From Lama guanicoe (lineage: Eukaryota), in the NCBI GenBank assembly GCA_013239625.1, contig MU054323.1:15132029-15196028 (forward strand): a DNA stretch of 64,000 nt. Direction: 5' to 3'. Shown in pieces: positions 37,466 through 48,142 of this stretch. Within the stretch, counting starts at the first letter, position 1, and every line of letters begins with the position of its first letter. The translations under genes were made by a program, and so were the position numbers. The notes under the pieces were generated by a model that saw only the letters and a program-made list of their open reading frames with translations, was not told where the DNA came from and did no database searches.

Positions 37466-39909
37466 ATATAAGGTATTATTTATCACTTAACCTTCAAGAG
37501 ACCATCTTGGGTGTCATCACCTTCCTCCATGAAGCCTTGACTGATTAAACCTAACCAATCTGCTCCCTTAATTTGAAGGAGAAGTCAGCTCTGTAAGTTT
37601 ACTCACTCAATGAGAAGTTATTTGAATAAAAATATCCATCGTTAAGTGCAATCAGCATTATACATCATCATCTTGCGTATTCTTCAAAGGCAGATAGTCT
37701 ACGATAAAGCCACACGGATCAAAGACATCCGGCAAAACTCCTAAAATGGGAAAAACATTTTAATACTTATGTCTGTGGGGGTTTCTGTTATTTATGGGCA
37801 GAGGGCAACATCTGACACTGTTTTCCTTTTTCCATAATCAACATGACTATTTGATTCCAAAGAAGGATTCCAGTGCAGTAGAGAAAAGATGCTAGAGAAA
37901 TAAAGAAGGAAGTTTCAAATTAAAGAAGAATGGAGTGGAAATTATAAGGAAATACAGATCAAAGTGATAGGGTTGAGGGGCAAAGAAGGGACAAAAGAAA
38001 TGGCAGATAAGAGCAGAAAGACCAAAGACAGGCTGAAGAGCAGTTAGAAGGAAGGAAGTCAGAGGAAAATATGTTTTCATTTATACAACTCCGGAAGGAT
38101 ATTTTAAAGGGAACATAATGTCACTTCCATGTCAGTAACGGAAGGATATTTCATAAAACATAGTTGTATCCCTTTTGACCATCAGGACCAGATTATTGCC
38201 CCCTACAGATTCAATTTTTCTTTTTTTCTTTTTAGCATGAGTTTCAGAGAGAAATGCTGAAATGATTTCATTTAAAAAGAATCATAGCTTACTTAGAATA
38301 CCCTTAAGAACAGTCCTAGGATAAAAATAAACTAATCCAATCTTACTTTCACGATGTGTCCCATGAAGCTAATTTACTTCCAAACGTAAGTTCAGCCTCT
38401 GAAATATATACATCATATAATGGAGAATCAGTGCCACTTCTGATCTCACACTTTCAAGAATCATAAATCTTTACTTTTTTTATGAACATCCAAGCAACGA
38501 TGACATCCCTGACATAGAAGTAATGTCACTTTAAAATACTGCTTTCCTTCATAAATTTGCAAATCTGAACGGTTAACACTTTTGGATCTCATTAGAGATA
38601 TAGAAGGAATTTCCAATTACTTTTTTATTTTTATTTCCATTTCAATATTCTAGCCTTAAACTTATACAGCAACGTGTGTCAATTATTTCTCAATAAAACT
38701 GGAAAAGTTTAGCATTTTGTAATTTTCTTGAACCACAAAATTTTACTTAGAAAAGTATCAATATGTATTTTCCTTACACCAAAGAACGGAACCCCACCCT
38801 ACTCTGAGCGATTACATCCCCCCAAAAGCTTTCCACAGAGGAAGGGCTTTTGGGCTCTGCGCATGTGTTTATGTTCGTACACACCCAGCCCAGTGTATGC
38901 GACCCTCTGAGCCCTCAGCTGACTCCCCAAATGTGCACAGGTCCCTAGAGAATCTCACAGCCAACTCTGGCCTCAACTAATAACACGTTTTGCTGCGTTA
39001 ATTCATTTCCCCTGAGTGGGATCCAGCGTAACACACGATATGGATTGTGTCGTGGGTCTAAAATCATTTATCTGAACATATGACTTGTGAACAATGCAAA
39101 TGTTCATAGGAGGTGAATGCCTGAGGAATGAGAAATAAATGCCTGAGGAAACATGCTTTGTTTATATTTTTCCTCCTAAATTCATCTTTTTTTTTTTAAA
39201 TGGGAGAGGACAAAGTCAAAGCATAGCAATGGTTAAAAAAAAAATAGGAAGCAGAGATTTAAGTTGGGGACCTGGAATGTGGTATGGAAGCTTCTGTAAA
39301 GAGATAAGAAATCAACCAGGCACAGTTGCAGATTTATTGTTATAGATCAAAGTTACGAACTGAGATCAGAAAATAAAAGATGAACAGAAACCCAGATCTA
39401 AGGCCAGAAAAAGGAGAAGAGGCAAAGCAGCAATACTCTGACCTATCAGGGGACACCTCACATGTAGCTGGAGTCCCCATCATCTCTGACTCTTTCAGGT
39501 GAACTAAGCACCAGCCAAGACATATGCCAAAGAGAGACTTAGCACCATATCCTGCCATCACCTCCTAGAGGATGGACATCTGGCAGCAAGTCCTCACTAC
39601 AATACTAAGGGATACAAGTCCTGAGACAGTCACACCTGAATCTCATCTCCTACTTTATCACACAGCAGAAGTCTGACTGCTCTCAGCCCCAGCCACTTGA
39701 CAGGGTGCCCAGGTCAAAGTGGAGGGAGAGGAAAGGGCAGTTGAACCAAGGTAACAATGACAAAGCACAACAGTTATTGTGATTGTATCTAGCCTGTATG
39801 TCCCCTCGCCTTTTTTTTTTTTTCCATCAACCTGAGTCTGAAGACTAGAAGGAAGTTAACTTTTGTGTATCAAGGGGTGTGGTGGTCCGTGATGTTAACC
39901 CATCCTATT

Positions 39910-40235
39910 AGCTCATTCCATCAATTTCTTATTCAATATAAATTTTTGAGGGCCTACTTTGGGCTGAGCACCACTTCAAGCCCTGGGGATGCAGCAATGA
40001 ATAAAAGGGGAAGTTCTAACACTTGTGCTGTTTATAGTCTATTGGGAAAGATGATTTTAAAAATAATAATGAAATAGAAAACTAGACAGTTTCAGATATT
40101 GATCAGGGCATGAAGACAATAAAATAGGATGACATGACCAGGAAGTCTGTCTACTTCCGACAGTCAGAAAAGGACTCTCTGCAGAGGTTACATCTGAGCT
40201 AAGGCATGATGATACTAGAATCAGCAAAGACTTGG
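39910..40235 (-). mobile_element. L2 3' fragment
   Basis: Reverse tail, CTGGGGATGCAGCAATGAATAA, CTCTCTGCAGAGGTTACATCTGAGCTAAG. Confidence 0.75.
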
Positions 40236-40239
40236 TGGG

Positions 40240-40960
40240 GGAAGCTATACCTTTGAAGGACAATCTCACAGAAAGCCAGGACCTGCAGAATGCGACACCT
40301 TCCACGAAAGGATATAAACTAGGAAAGAAATCTCTGATGAAGGAGACAGTGAAGACACTTGGCATCTCATCTTGGCTCTGGATGGAGGGGAGGGAAAGGT
40401 AGAAATGTTTCCCTGGGGATTTGAATTTGTGAGCCTAAATTCACCTGGTTACAGCCAGAATTAACACGACTCATATGGGAGGAAGGGATATGGAGCTTAG
40501 AAATTACTTTAAACTAAACACCTTCCAACACCTCTTGGCTTCTCCCCCTCTCGCCTTTTGAGATGACCCACATTCTGCCTGTGGAGTGTATATCTCCTAA
40601 GTCCTTTTCCCTTCTGCGTGAGACAGACCCCACTCTGTCTGTGGAGTGTGTATCTCTCTAAATAAACTTGCTTTCACTTTACCATAAAAAGAAAAAAAGA
40701 AATTAGTTAAGAATGAGTATTCACTTCTCATAAGCAAATGAAGATTCTCTTTAAAATATCTTAAAATTGGTCCCCCCCCAAAAATTCCCATAAATTATGC
40801 ACCATAAAATATATACTCATTATTTAAAAAAAATAGAAACAGACCCAGGAAGACTGTAAATGTTAGAATTATCAAATGTATAGCCTAAAATAATTATGCT
40901 TAATAGGGTTATAGAAATAAGAGTAATGTCCAAAGTATAAAAAAGAAACAGGAGACTATT
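40240..40960 (+). mobile_element. Ancient L1/HAL1-type 5' region and ORF1 start (host of an LTR-derived insert)
   Basis: GAGCCTAAATTCAC and AATAGAAACAGACCCA..ATGTTAGAATTATCA..ATAATTATGCTTAATA resemble 8560-8900 and old L1 ORF1 starts. Confidence 0.5.
40507..40697 (+). mobile_element. Polyadenylated MER41-like LTR fragment (U3/R), retroposed
   Basis: GAGACAGACCCCACTCTGTCTGTGGAGTGTGTA is homologous to the 14563-15195 LTR. AATAAA at 40661-40666, A-tail from 40684, direct repeat AGAAATTA at 40499-40506 and 40698-40705. Confidence 0.7.
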
Positions 40961-42139
40961 TCTGAATGAAGATCAATCTTTTTGACCCTTACTCGGAGTT
41001 TAATGCCGAAGAGTTTGTCCACCACTACTGGTCATTCCTAAAAGGAGCACTATATTTGAACCCAACATCACTGTGAAGACTCCAGAGTTTGAGTCTTACA
41101 ATTTTCTGCAAACTTCTGGAATGAATATTTAGAAGGACAACATAGTTTTCTTCTTTCCAGTATTAATAATTCAAAGAGCAGAAACTCGAAGTGTTTTTCC
41201 AGTAATGCAGTCCTATTCCCAGATATTCTAATAATGCTAATCGGAACCCTCGGGCTTTATTTTTGTTTTTCTCTGAGGAATGGATTCCTGTTAAGTATTT
41301 GTATTATAATTCTAAAACCTACCCTTGTTTGAGGAACAGATGTTAGATGAGAGCGCAGTCAAAAGCAAGAAGAAAGGACCGTAGCTGAGAACAAATATTT
41401 ATTTTCACGTGTATCTAGTGGCTTCCCATAAGTCACCAGTGAATGAAAAGTCAAATAATAAATCTGTCTGTTGTGTGTGTGCACAAATGTTATCACTAAC
41501 CCACAGTTAGGCATGACGTGCATTCTGAGTATTTCTCCATTTGTTCTAGTGTACTTGGGCAGTGTCACTCACGGGCTCTTGCCTCATCACGCTAGTAATC
41601 AGTAGCAGGCATCTACAAAACAGACAGCCAAGATCTTCTGGTATTTTTTTGTGGTCAGGGAAAAGGGCCAGATTTCTGCTCCTAAGAAGGAGTGAGCCCA
41701 TTTTCTTAACCTGACAGATATCAGAGATTTGGAGGGTTTAATAAAGTTGAAAGTTGAAAGGTATTACACATCTTCTTGCCAGGAAAGCCAGTCTACTCTA
41801 TTCCTGCTGTACACTCCATGTGCTAATGAAAGATCAAATATAGCAGCAGGGAAAGCCAGCAGTCAGTTAATGAATTCTCTGTTTACATTCCAAACCAGTA
41901 AGCTAATTTTTTGTTTGTTTGGCTTAACAGATTGTGCTTTAATTACAAGCCATTAGCCAGTCATTAATAAATGAAACAGTTTGGATTTTATAAATATTTT
42001 TGAATATTATACAACTCATTTAACATTTTAATATACAGAAATAACGTTTGATTTAAAAATAATTTAGGAGAAATTTTTGACTTAACCAAGATCATGTTAC
42101 TTGAGGATGGCCCTGTCTTTCTGACTCAATAGAGCAGAG

Positions 42140-42372
42140 TATTAAGGGGAGTAGATGGTGGGGTCTCTGAGTCAGACTGTCTTTATTCAGGTCCTGACTC
42201 TTACTAGTGCATGACCTTGGGCAAGCTACCTAAGTTCTCTGTGCCTCAGTTTCCTCATTAGTCAAATGGAGGCAATTTTATTACCAACCTCTGAGAGAGG
42301 TTTCCAGCATTAAGTGGGATAAGGCATGTGAAGAGACTGCAAAGAGTGAGCACCCAATAAATATTAGCTAAA
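42140..42372 (+). mobile_element. MIR SINE, near full length
   Basis: GAGTCAGACTG..TGACCTTGGGCAAG..CTCTGTGCCTCAGTTTCCTCAT..CAATAAATATTAGCTA. Confidence 0.88.
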
Positions 42373-42569
42373 AATAGGATAAAATCAAACAAAATTTAAC
42401 CTCTGTTCTCAGCTATACCTGGATAGGTCTCTTATATTTTGTAATTATTGCATGAAGCAGAGACTACGTTGCCTATCTAATGAGACTTAACCAATGAATA
42501 TTTGAATTTTGAAACAAACATATCTTATACACTGGTTAGGGATTCATTGGATTTTAAAGTAAATCCATT

Positions 42570-42992
42570 TACAGACATAAAGGAAGAAATTGATGGGAAT
42601 ACAATAATAGTAGGAGACTTTAACACCCCACTGACGTCGTTGAACATGTCTTCCAGGAAGAAAATCAGTAAGGCAACAGATACTAAATGACACAATAGAA
42701 CAGTTGGACTTGGTTGGTATTTTTAGGACATTACATCCCCCCAAAGCAGAATATACTTTCTTTACAAGTGCTCATGGAACATTCTCTAGGATAGACCACA
42801 TACTTGGGCACAAAAGAAGCCTCAACAAATTTAAGAAGATAGAAATTATTTCAAGCATCTCCTCTGACCACAATGGCATGAGACTAGAAATCAACCACAG
42901 AAAAACAAATGAGAAAAAAATGACAGCATGGAGACAAAACAACATGCGACTGAAAAACCAATGGGTCAATCATGAAATCAAAGAAGAAATGA
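42570..42992 (+). mobile_element. L1 ORF2 internal fragment (endonuclease C-terminal half)
   Basis: Translations TDIKEEIDGNTIIVGDFNTPLT and EYTFFTSAHGTFSRIDHILGHK..SDHNGMRLEIN carry the L1 EN motifs GDFN, SRID and SDH. Frameshifted. Confidence 0.93.
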
Positions 42993-45214
42993 AAATTAAA
43001 TGTATTAATGACATATTTAATAAGATCAAAGACCTCCTTTTATTTTAAGCTGTCATTCTAGAATAAACCTTTGCTTACTGACTAAAGCAATAAAGAAAAC
43101 AGTACAAAATACAGTTTTATTTGGCTTCATTAAAGTGGTATTTCTAATCTTATTTTTCTACATTTATTAATAGGCTTTCATTTTTTTAAAAAAAGTCTCC
43201 ATGTCTATGATTTTTGGACTTGAGCAGTAGTACCAAGAAGCCATTGGAAAACCAGTGAATGGAAACAGTGCTGTCTTCAGGGATGTGGCTTCTGTGGTCT
43301 GGCTTTCTCTGCTGTGGCAGTCATGGCATGGTAGGGAGGGAGAGTAGGCATGGAAGGAAGTTGGCAAGGTAAGAGAGGTGTGTTAGTGGTAATCTGGGTG
43401 GTTAGACCACTCGAACTGTGAAAATTTAGTGTTGATGATTTCCTGGCTACAATATTTTTTTTTATGTAGTCCCGAGTTTCCAGCACCAGAGAGGTCCAAG
43501 AATCAATAGATAGGGACATAGGGCAGAAAGGGGGCAGGCTAAGGGAATGTTAAGAACAGTGAGTCTTCCCTGTGCCCTATTTGCTCTTCCAGTGTGTTAG
43601 AGGAACTTGGGAATTTTTTTTAAATAACTGCTTTGATACTACTAATTGGAATGAGCACTCACTCTTCCTCCAATGCCCCCTCTGTGGTTATAGATGAAGA
43701 CCTTACCTTGGTGGCTCTTGCTTCCACAGGGATTCTATATAAGCTATGAACATTCTAAAAAATCATTTCTGCAAGAGTAAAGTGGGTATTTGCTGGCTCG
43801 CTATTCTGTGAATTGATTTGATAAAATTGATTTCTATTTTATATCTTAAATGTTTTGTACAACCTAGTAGAGGAGGCTGAAAAACACTGATCACATCCAA
43901 CACACAAGTCTGGACTTCCCACCATATTCACAAAGGCACATGTCTATTATGTCTTGTACTGATTTATCTTGTCTTCTTTTGTTCAGTTAATAGCTGATGT
44001 CATCTTTTCTGGTTATTCCTGAAAGGATAGCTAGCCTTGCCTTGTTCCCTTTTTCACATTCTAGCAGATATCAAGTCATATTCAACAGCACTACCATTAC
44101 CAAGCACTTACTGTGTATGCTCTATATATTGAGTCCTGTTCAGTAAAACTTGCATATGTTACCTCATATGCAGAGTTTCTGAAACTCGAAAAATTTAAAC
44201 ACTGTGTTCAAAATTAAACATCTACTAAGTGGTAGGCACACAGTCAAAACTAACTCGGTTCAACCCTAAAGCTCCTTCACAAGGCTATGGTGAATAAGAA
44301 CTCTGCCTATTGAGTGCTGGAATATTTCATATACAGCCCAACATTGTTCTTATATTATTTGGCTCTCTTGCCAGACAGTGCTATCCTTTCTACACTCTCA
44401 GTCAATTTCAACACTGTTCAGCCTCTGCACAAATCAAGATTTCTTTTCCTGTATTTCAAGTATATAGTACTGGCCATACTGTTTGCAGCACTGTAGGTGA
44501 TACAAAAATAGAGCCGTGGCCTCTAACCTTAGGAGCTTCCATCTTAACGGCAAAGGAGTGAGCATGATAAGACCTGCATGCAAATATCTATAATGTGAGG
44601 CAGAATAGATGTACCATTATTGAGCTATAATCCATGACAGGAATTTATAAGGAGAAGGCAACCACAGAAGCCCTTCCTCTTTGAATCTTGGTTAAGGTTT
44701 GGCTTTTTTTTGCTGTGGTGTTTATAGGGAGTGGGAACTAGAGAGACAGTTTGTCGGCCACATTTCAATGGATCATTGTCACTGCCATTTTTACAAACAA
44801 CTCATTTTTGGTGAGAAATAATGATCAAATAATAATCAACACAAATGAGTATGTAGGCAGGGGTAGAATAGGCAGATTCTCCGTAATTTTACTGATACTT
44901 TCTCCAGGTTTTGACAGTGATGATAACCTCTCAAGAGTGAAAAAATAAACCTCATTGTATTCACCACAATTATATTCAATCTGACAACCAACAATTCATT
45001 AATTAAATTTAATGTTAAATATGTGAAACGTATTGAGTTGGCATATACAATGATAAACTGAAGTTTACATTCTAAGATGTCTATACAAATAAATATCCCA
45101 TGGTAAGAAGTGATAAAAATCACTAAAGAAGGACAAATAAATCATCATAGTATTTGAGAGGGGGAATAGGTTATTTTCACTGGAGGAATCAGAGGAGTCT
45201 ACTATAATATGATA

Positions 45215-45445
45215 ATAATTAGTTATAGCTAACCTCTTTCAATTACAAACCAGGTACTGGGCCTTAAGCATATATTAACATATTTAATGCTCACATTTAA
45301 TGCTACCCTACGAGGTATATGCAATCCACCTCCCTCCCCATATTTTCCAGGAAAAGAAACTGACGCATAGAGATTAAATAACTTGCTGGCAAGTGACATG
45401 CAGTTTGGCTTTAAAGGCAGGTCATTTAACCACACAGCTCTGTTC
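45215..45445 (-). mobile_element. MIR SINE
   Basis: CCCCATATTTTCCAGGAAAAGAAACTGACGCATAGAGATTAAATAACTTGC. Confidence 0.75.
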
Positions 45446-45449
45446 ACCA

Positions 45450-46060
45450 GCCTGTGCCAGGAAGGATGGATGGGAATTGATTCCCACACAGAGCTGGAGG
45501 AACAAGTGGAGAGACAGCAGCAGGAAGGGACGGGGAGGGCACGGGGATGCTGGCACCTGAAGAGAGGTAATTCTAAATAATAAAAGGGAAGTTTATGTAA
45601 TGTTAGAACAAAGTCAAGCCATGGAGGGCTATCCAAAGGGGCTGTACTTTACTTTTTATGATTGACAGTGTTTGCAAAGCCTCATCACATGACACGGTAG
45701 GCTGCAGGGAAGCTAATCTGATAGCCATATACAAGATGGATAGAAAGGTTGTCTAGAGGTAGGAAGAGGAGTTAGGAGGTTAAAATCCATAACAGGGAAC
45801 ATAGCTTAGAGTGATGGGGTGATTAAAGTGAGAGTGACAATGAGGAATTGCAAAATCAAAAGTGAGGAATTAAGAATGGCAGTCATGGAAGTGTAAAATT
45901 GTGAGACAGAGTTTACTTCTTGAGCAGTCAAAAGAGATGCTTAAGTTTTGAGTTTGGGTTATGACAAGGGTAGGGATGTTATCCACCCAGAAGCTGTGAA
46001 ATTTGAGTAGAAAATGAAATTAGCTTTGCATACATAGCTACGCAGATAGAATTTTCTGTT
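45450..46060 (-). mobile_element. L2 fragment, degraded
   Basis: Purine-rich L2-like sequence (TAGAGGTAGGAAGAGGAGTTAGGAGGTT, GTCAAAAGAGATGCTTAAGTTTTGAG). Confidence 0.5.
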
Positions 46061-46216
46061 GGATAATCCTGTGCCAGGAAGTTTGATAATAAGTGGATAT
46101 TTGATTGCAGTCAATGATATTCTTAACCTTTTAACCCCAAGCCAAAGTCAGGGCCTGACAAGGAAAGAATGTACCCCGATATTTGTTATGCATGTAGATG
46201 CTTGAGAGTTCCCCCG

Positions 46217-47123
46217 GGTACATGAAAAGGTGCTCAGCGTCTCTAATCATCAGAGAAATGCAAGTCAGAACCACAATGAGGTATCACCTCACACCTGTTA
46301 GAATACCTGTTGTCAAAAAGATTAGAGTTTGGGGAGGTCATGGAGAAAAGGGAACCCTGTGCAATGTAGGTGGGAATGTACATTTGTGCAGGCACAATGG
46401 AAAAAGAGTACAGAGGTTCCTGAAAGAAGGGAAAATAGAACCACTGTATGATTCAGCAACCCTACTTTGAGTATATATTCAGAGGGAATGGAATCACTAT
46501 CTTGAAGAGATGCCTGCACCCCCATGTTCATTGCAGCATCATTCAGGATAGCCAAGACATGGAATCACTTTAAGTATCCATCAACAGTTGAAAGCATAAA
46601 GAAGATGTTATCTGTACATAATTCAGCTATAAAAACAAAAGGAAACTTTGCCATTTACAGCAGCATGGATGAAACTTGAGGTCATTATGCTAAATGAAAT
46701 AAGTCAGACAGAGAAAGAAAAATACAATATCACATATGTGGAATCTTAAGAAAGCTGAACTCAGAGAATCAGAGAGTAAACTGATTGCCAGGGGCTAGGG
46801 CAGGGCTGGGGGAAGTGAAGAGATGTTGGTCAAAGGATACAAATATCAGTTTTAAGAATAAGTTTTGGAGATCTAACGTACAGTATGGTGATATACTTAA
46901 TACCATCGTGTATACTTGAAAGTTGCTAAGAGAGAAAATCTTAAATGTTCTCATGACCACCACCACAGAAAAAAATTGTAATTGTATGAGGTGGTGAATG
47001 CATTAACAAAACTTATTGTGATAATCATTTTTCAAAAGGTAAGTGTATCAAATCATCACATTGTACACCTTAAAAGTCACACAGTGTTATATGTCAATTA
47101 TGTCTCAATGAATCTGGAAAAAA
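46217..47123 (+). mobile_element. L1MA9-like LINE-1, 5'-truncated
   Basis: ORF 46198-46470 MKRCSASLIIREMQVRTTMRYHLTPVR is the ORF2 C-terminus. 3' UTR TTGAAAGTTGCTAAGAGAG..CTTAAATGTTCTCA and terminal TATGTCAATTATGTCTCAAT. Confidence 0.9.
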
Positions 47124-47236
47124 TCTGGAAAAAGGCTTTTCCTTTCCTCTTTGATCTCTTTCTTGATCTGTCATTTTTTGTTTGTTTTTATTTGCTATTT
47201 AAAGTATGATTCCTTGGGCGCAAGATATGTACCTGC

Positions 47237-47581
47237 AGGGTGACAGTAGACCCTTATATATGTGTGGTGCATGTGTGTCACCCTAGTCTCTCACTCCTGC
47301 ACTCAGGCCCCTGCTGGGCAGGGAAGATGGCAGGAGGAGGAAGTGAGAGGAGTGATTGGTGGAGAACCTGTCCTAGGGTGAGGGAGATAATGCAAGCTGG
47401 AACCACATATGATCCAAGGTTCCAAGTCCCTAGTGTATGCTCCATTGTCCCAACAAACTTCACTTATCAAAGACAAATTCAGGATGGTGACAACAGAGCA
47501 TGAAACCCGAAGTGTGAGGACCCTCCTAAGTGCAAAGCCCTATATGGCTGCACTGGTTGAATGCCCATGAAACCTGCTCTG
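47237..47581 (-). mobile_element. MER45-like hAT-Tip100 relic
   Basis: The reverse of AGAGCATGAAACCC..GCCCTATATGGCTGCACTGGTTGAATGCCCATGAAACCTGCTCTG matches the MER45 terminus. Left boundary uncertain. Confidence 0.6.
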
Positions 47582-47589
47582 TTGAACAG

Positions 47590-48142
47590 CACTGGGAAAG
47601 ACAAAAATTGCAGACTAGCAGTGGCCAGGTGGCAGCACTTAACTGCAAGAAGTAAGGTGGGCTTAATTATCATAATAGAAAAGTTGAAACGGCAGCCAGG
47701 TGTCCTGAATCACAGAGGTCTATTGAGATGGCTGATAGAACTTGGTATTTATAGAACGAGGTACACAGGCAGGCAAAGAAAATGCTGCTTAGTATTTAGT
47801 CAGAAGAGATCAAGGAAGAATGAGCAGAAGACTGGGGTCAGCCACCTCAGTGAAGAAGTCACAATTCTTTGTTCCCTTTCCAGACCTAAACCAAATCTCA
47901 GATCCAGAATTCACCGACAAAATTGAGACTAACTTCCTATGATGAAGAACCCTGTGTAAACACAGAAGTTGAATAGTCTAGTGATTCACCTTAATCCTTC
48001 CCCAAAGGGGTTTATGATCATTTACTCTGGTAACCATGTACTGGACAAAGAGAAATACATAGATCTTTTAAGGGTTGCTAAATCCAGAGTCCAAATTGAT
48101 TCTGCTGGTTGGGAGCCCCAAGTCCTGTTTTGATTCCATTTT
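47590..48142 (+). mobile_element. ERVL-class internal region (gag end/protease), left part
   Basis: GGCCAGGTGGCAGCACTTAACTG (GQVAALN) and TGGACAAAGAGAAATAC..AAGGGTTGCTAAATCCAGAGTCCAAATTG (decayed WGKGNxQTFRGLLDTGSEL). Confidence 0.72.

Noticed and set aside
38090..39151. Short 13-bp direct repeats (CGGAAGGATATTT twice near 38090/38139; AATGCCTGAGGAA twice near 39116/39138)
   Set aside because: Isolated pairs consistent with local slippage or chance; no array or enclosed element.
40966..41260. Coding-looking stretch (MKINLFDPYSEFNAEEFVHHYWSFLKG...) as a pseudogene or viral fragment
   Set aside because: Only 36 codons, no family I recognise, no poly(A) or TSD. A tBLASTx search would be needed to revisit it.
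42502..43048. Endonuclease-like ORFs as a functional nuclease gene
   Set aside because: Frameshifted partial L1 ORF2 with no N-terminus or RT domain.
21796..43768. Additional minus-strand AG..GT candidates (21796-21896, 43707-43768) forming a spliced coding gene with 26214-26586 and 57664-57728
   Set aside because: Joined in order they hit stop codons and give no recognisable protein. Such splice-like pairs are expected by chance in 64 kb.
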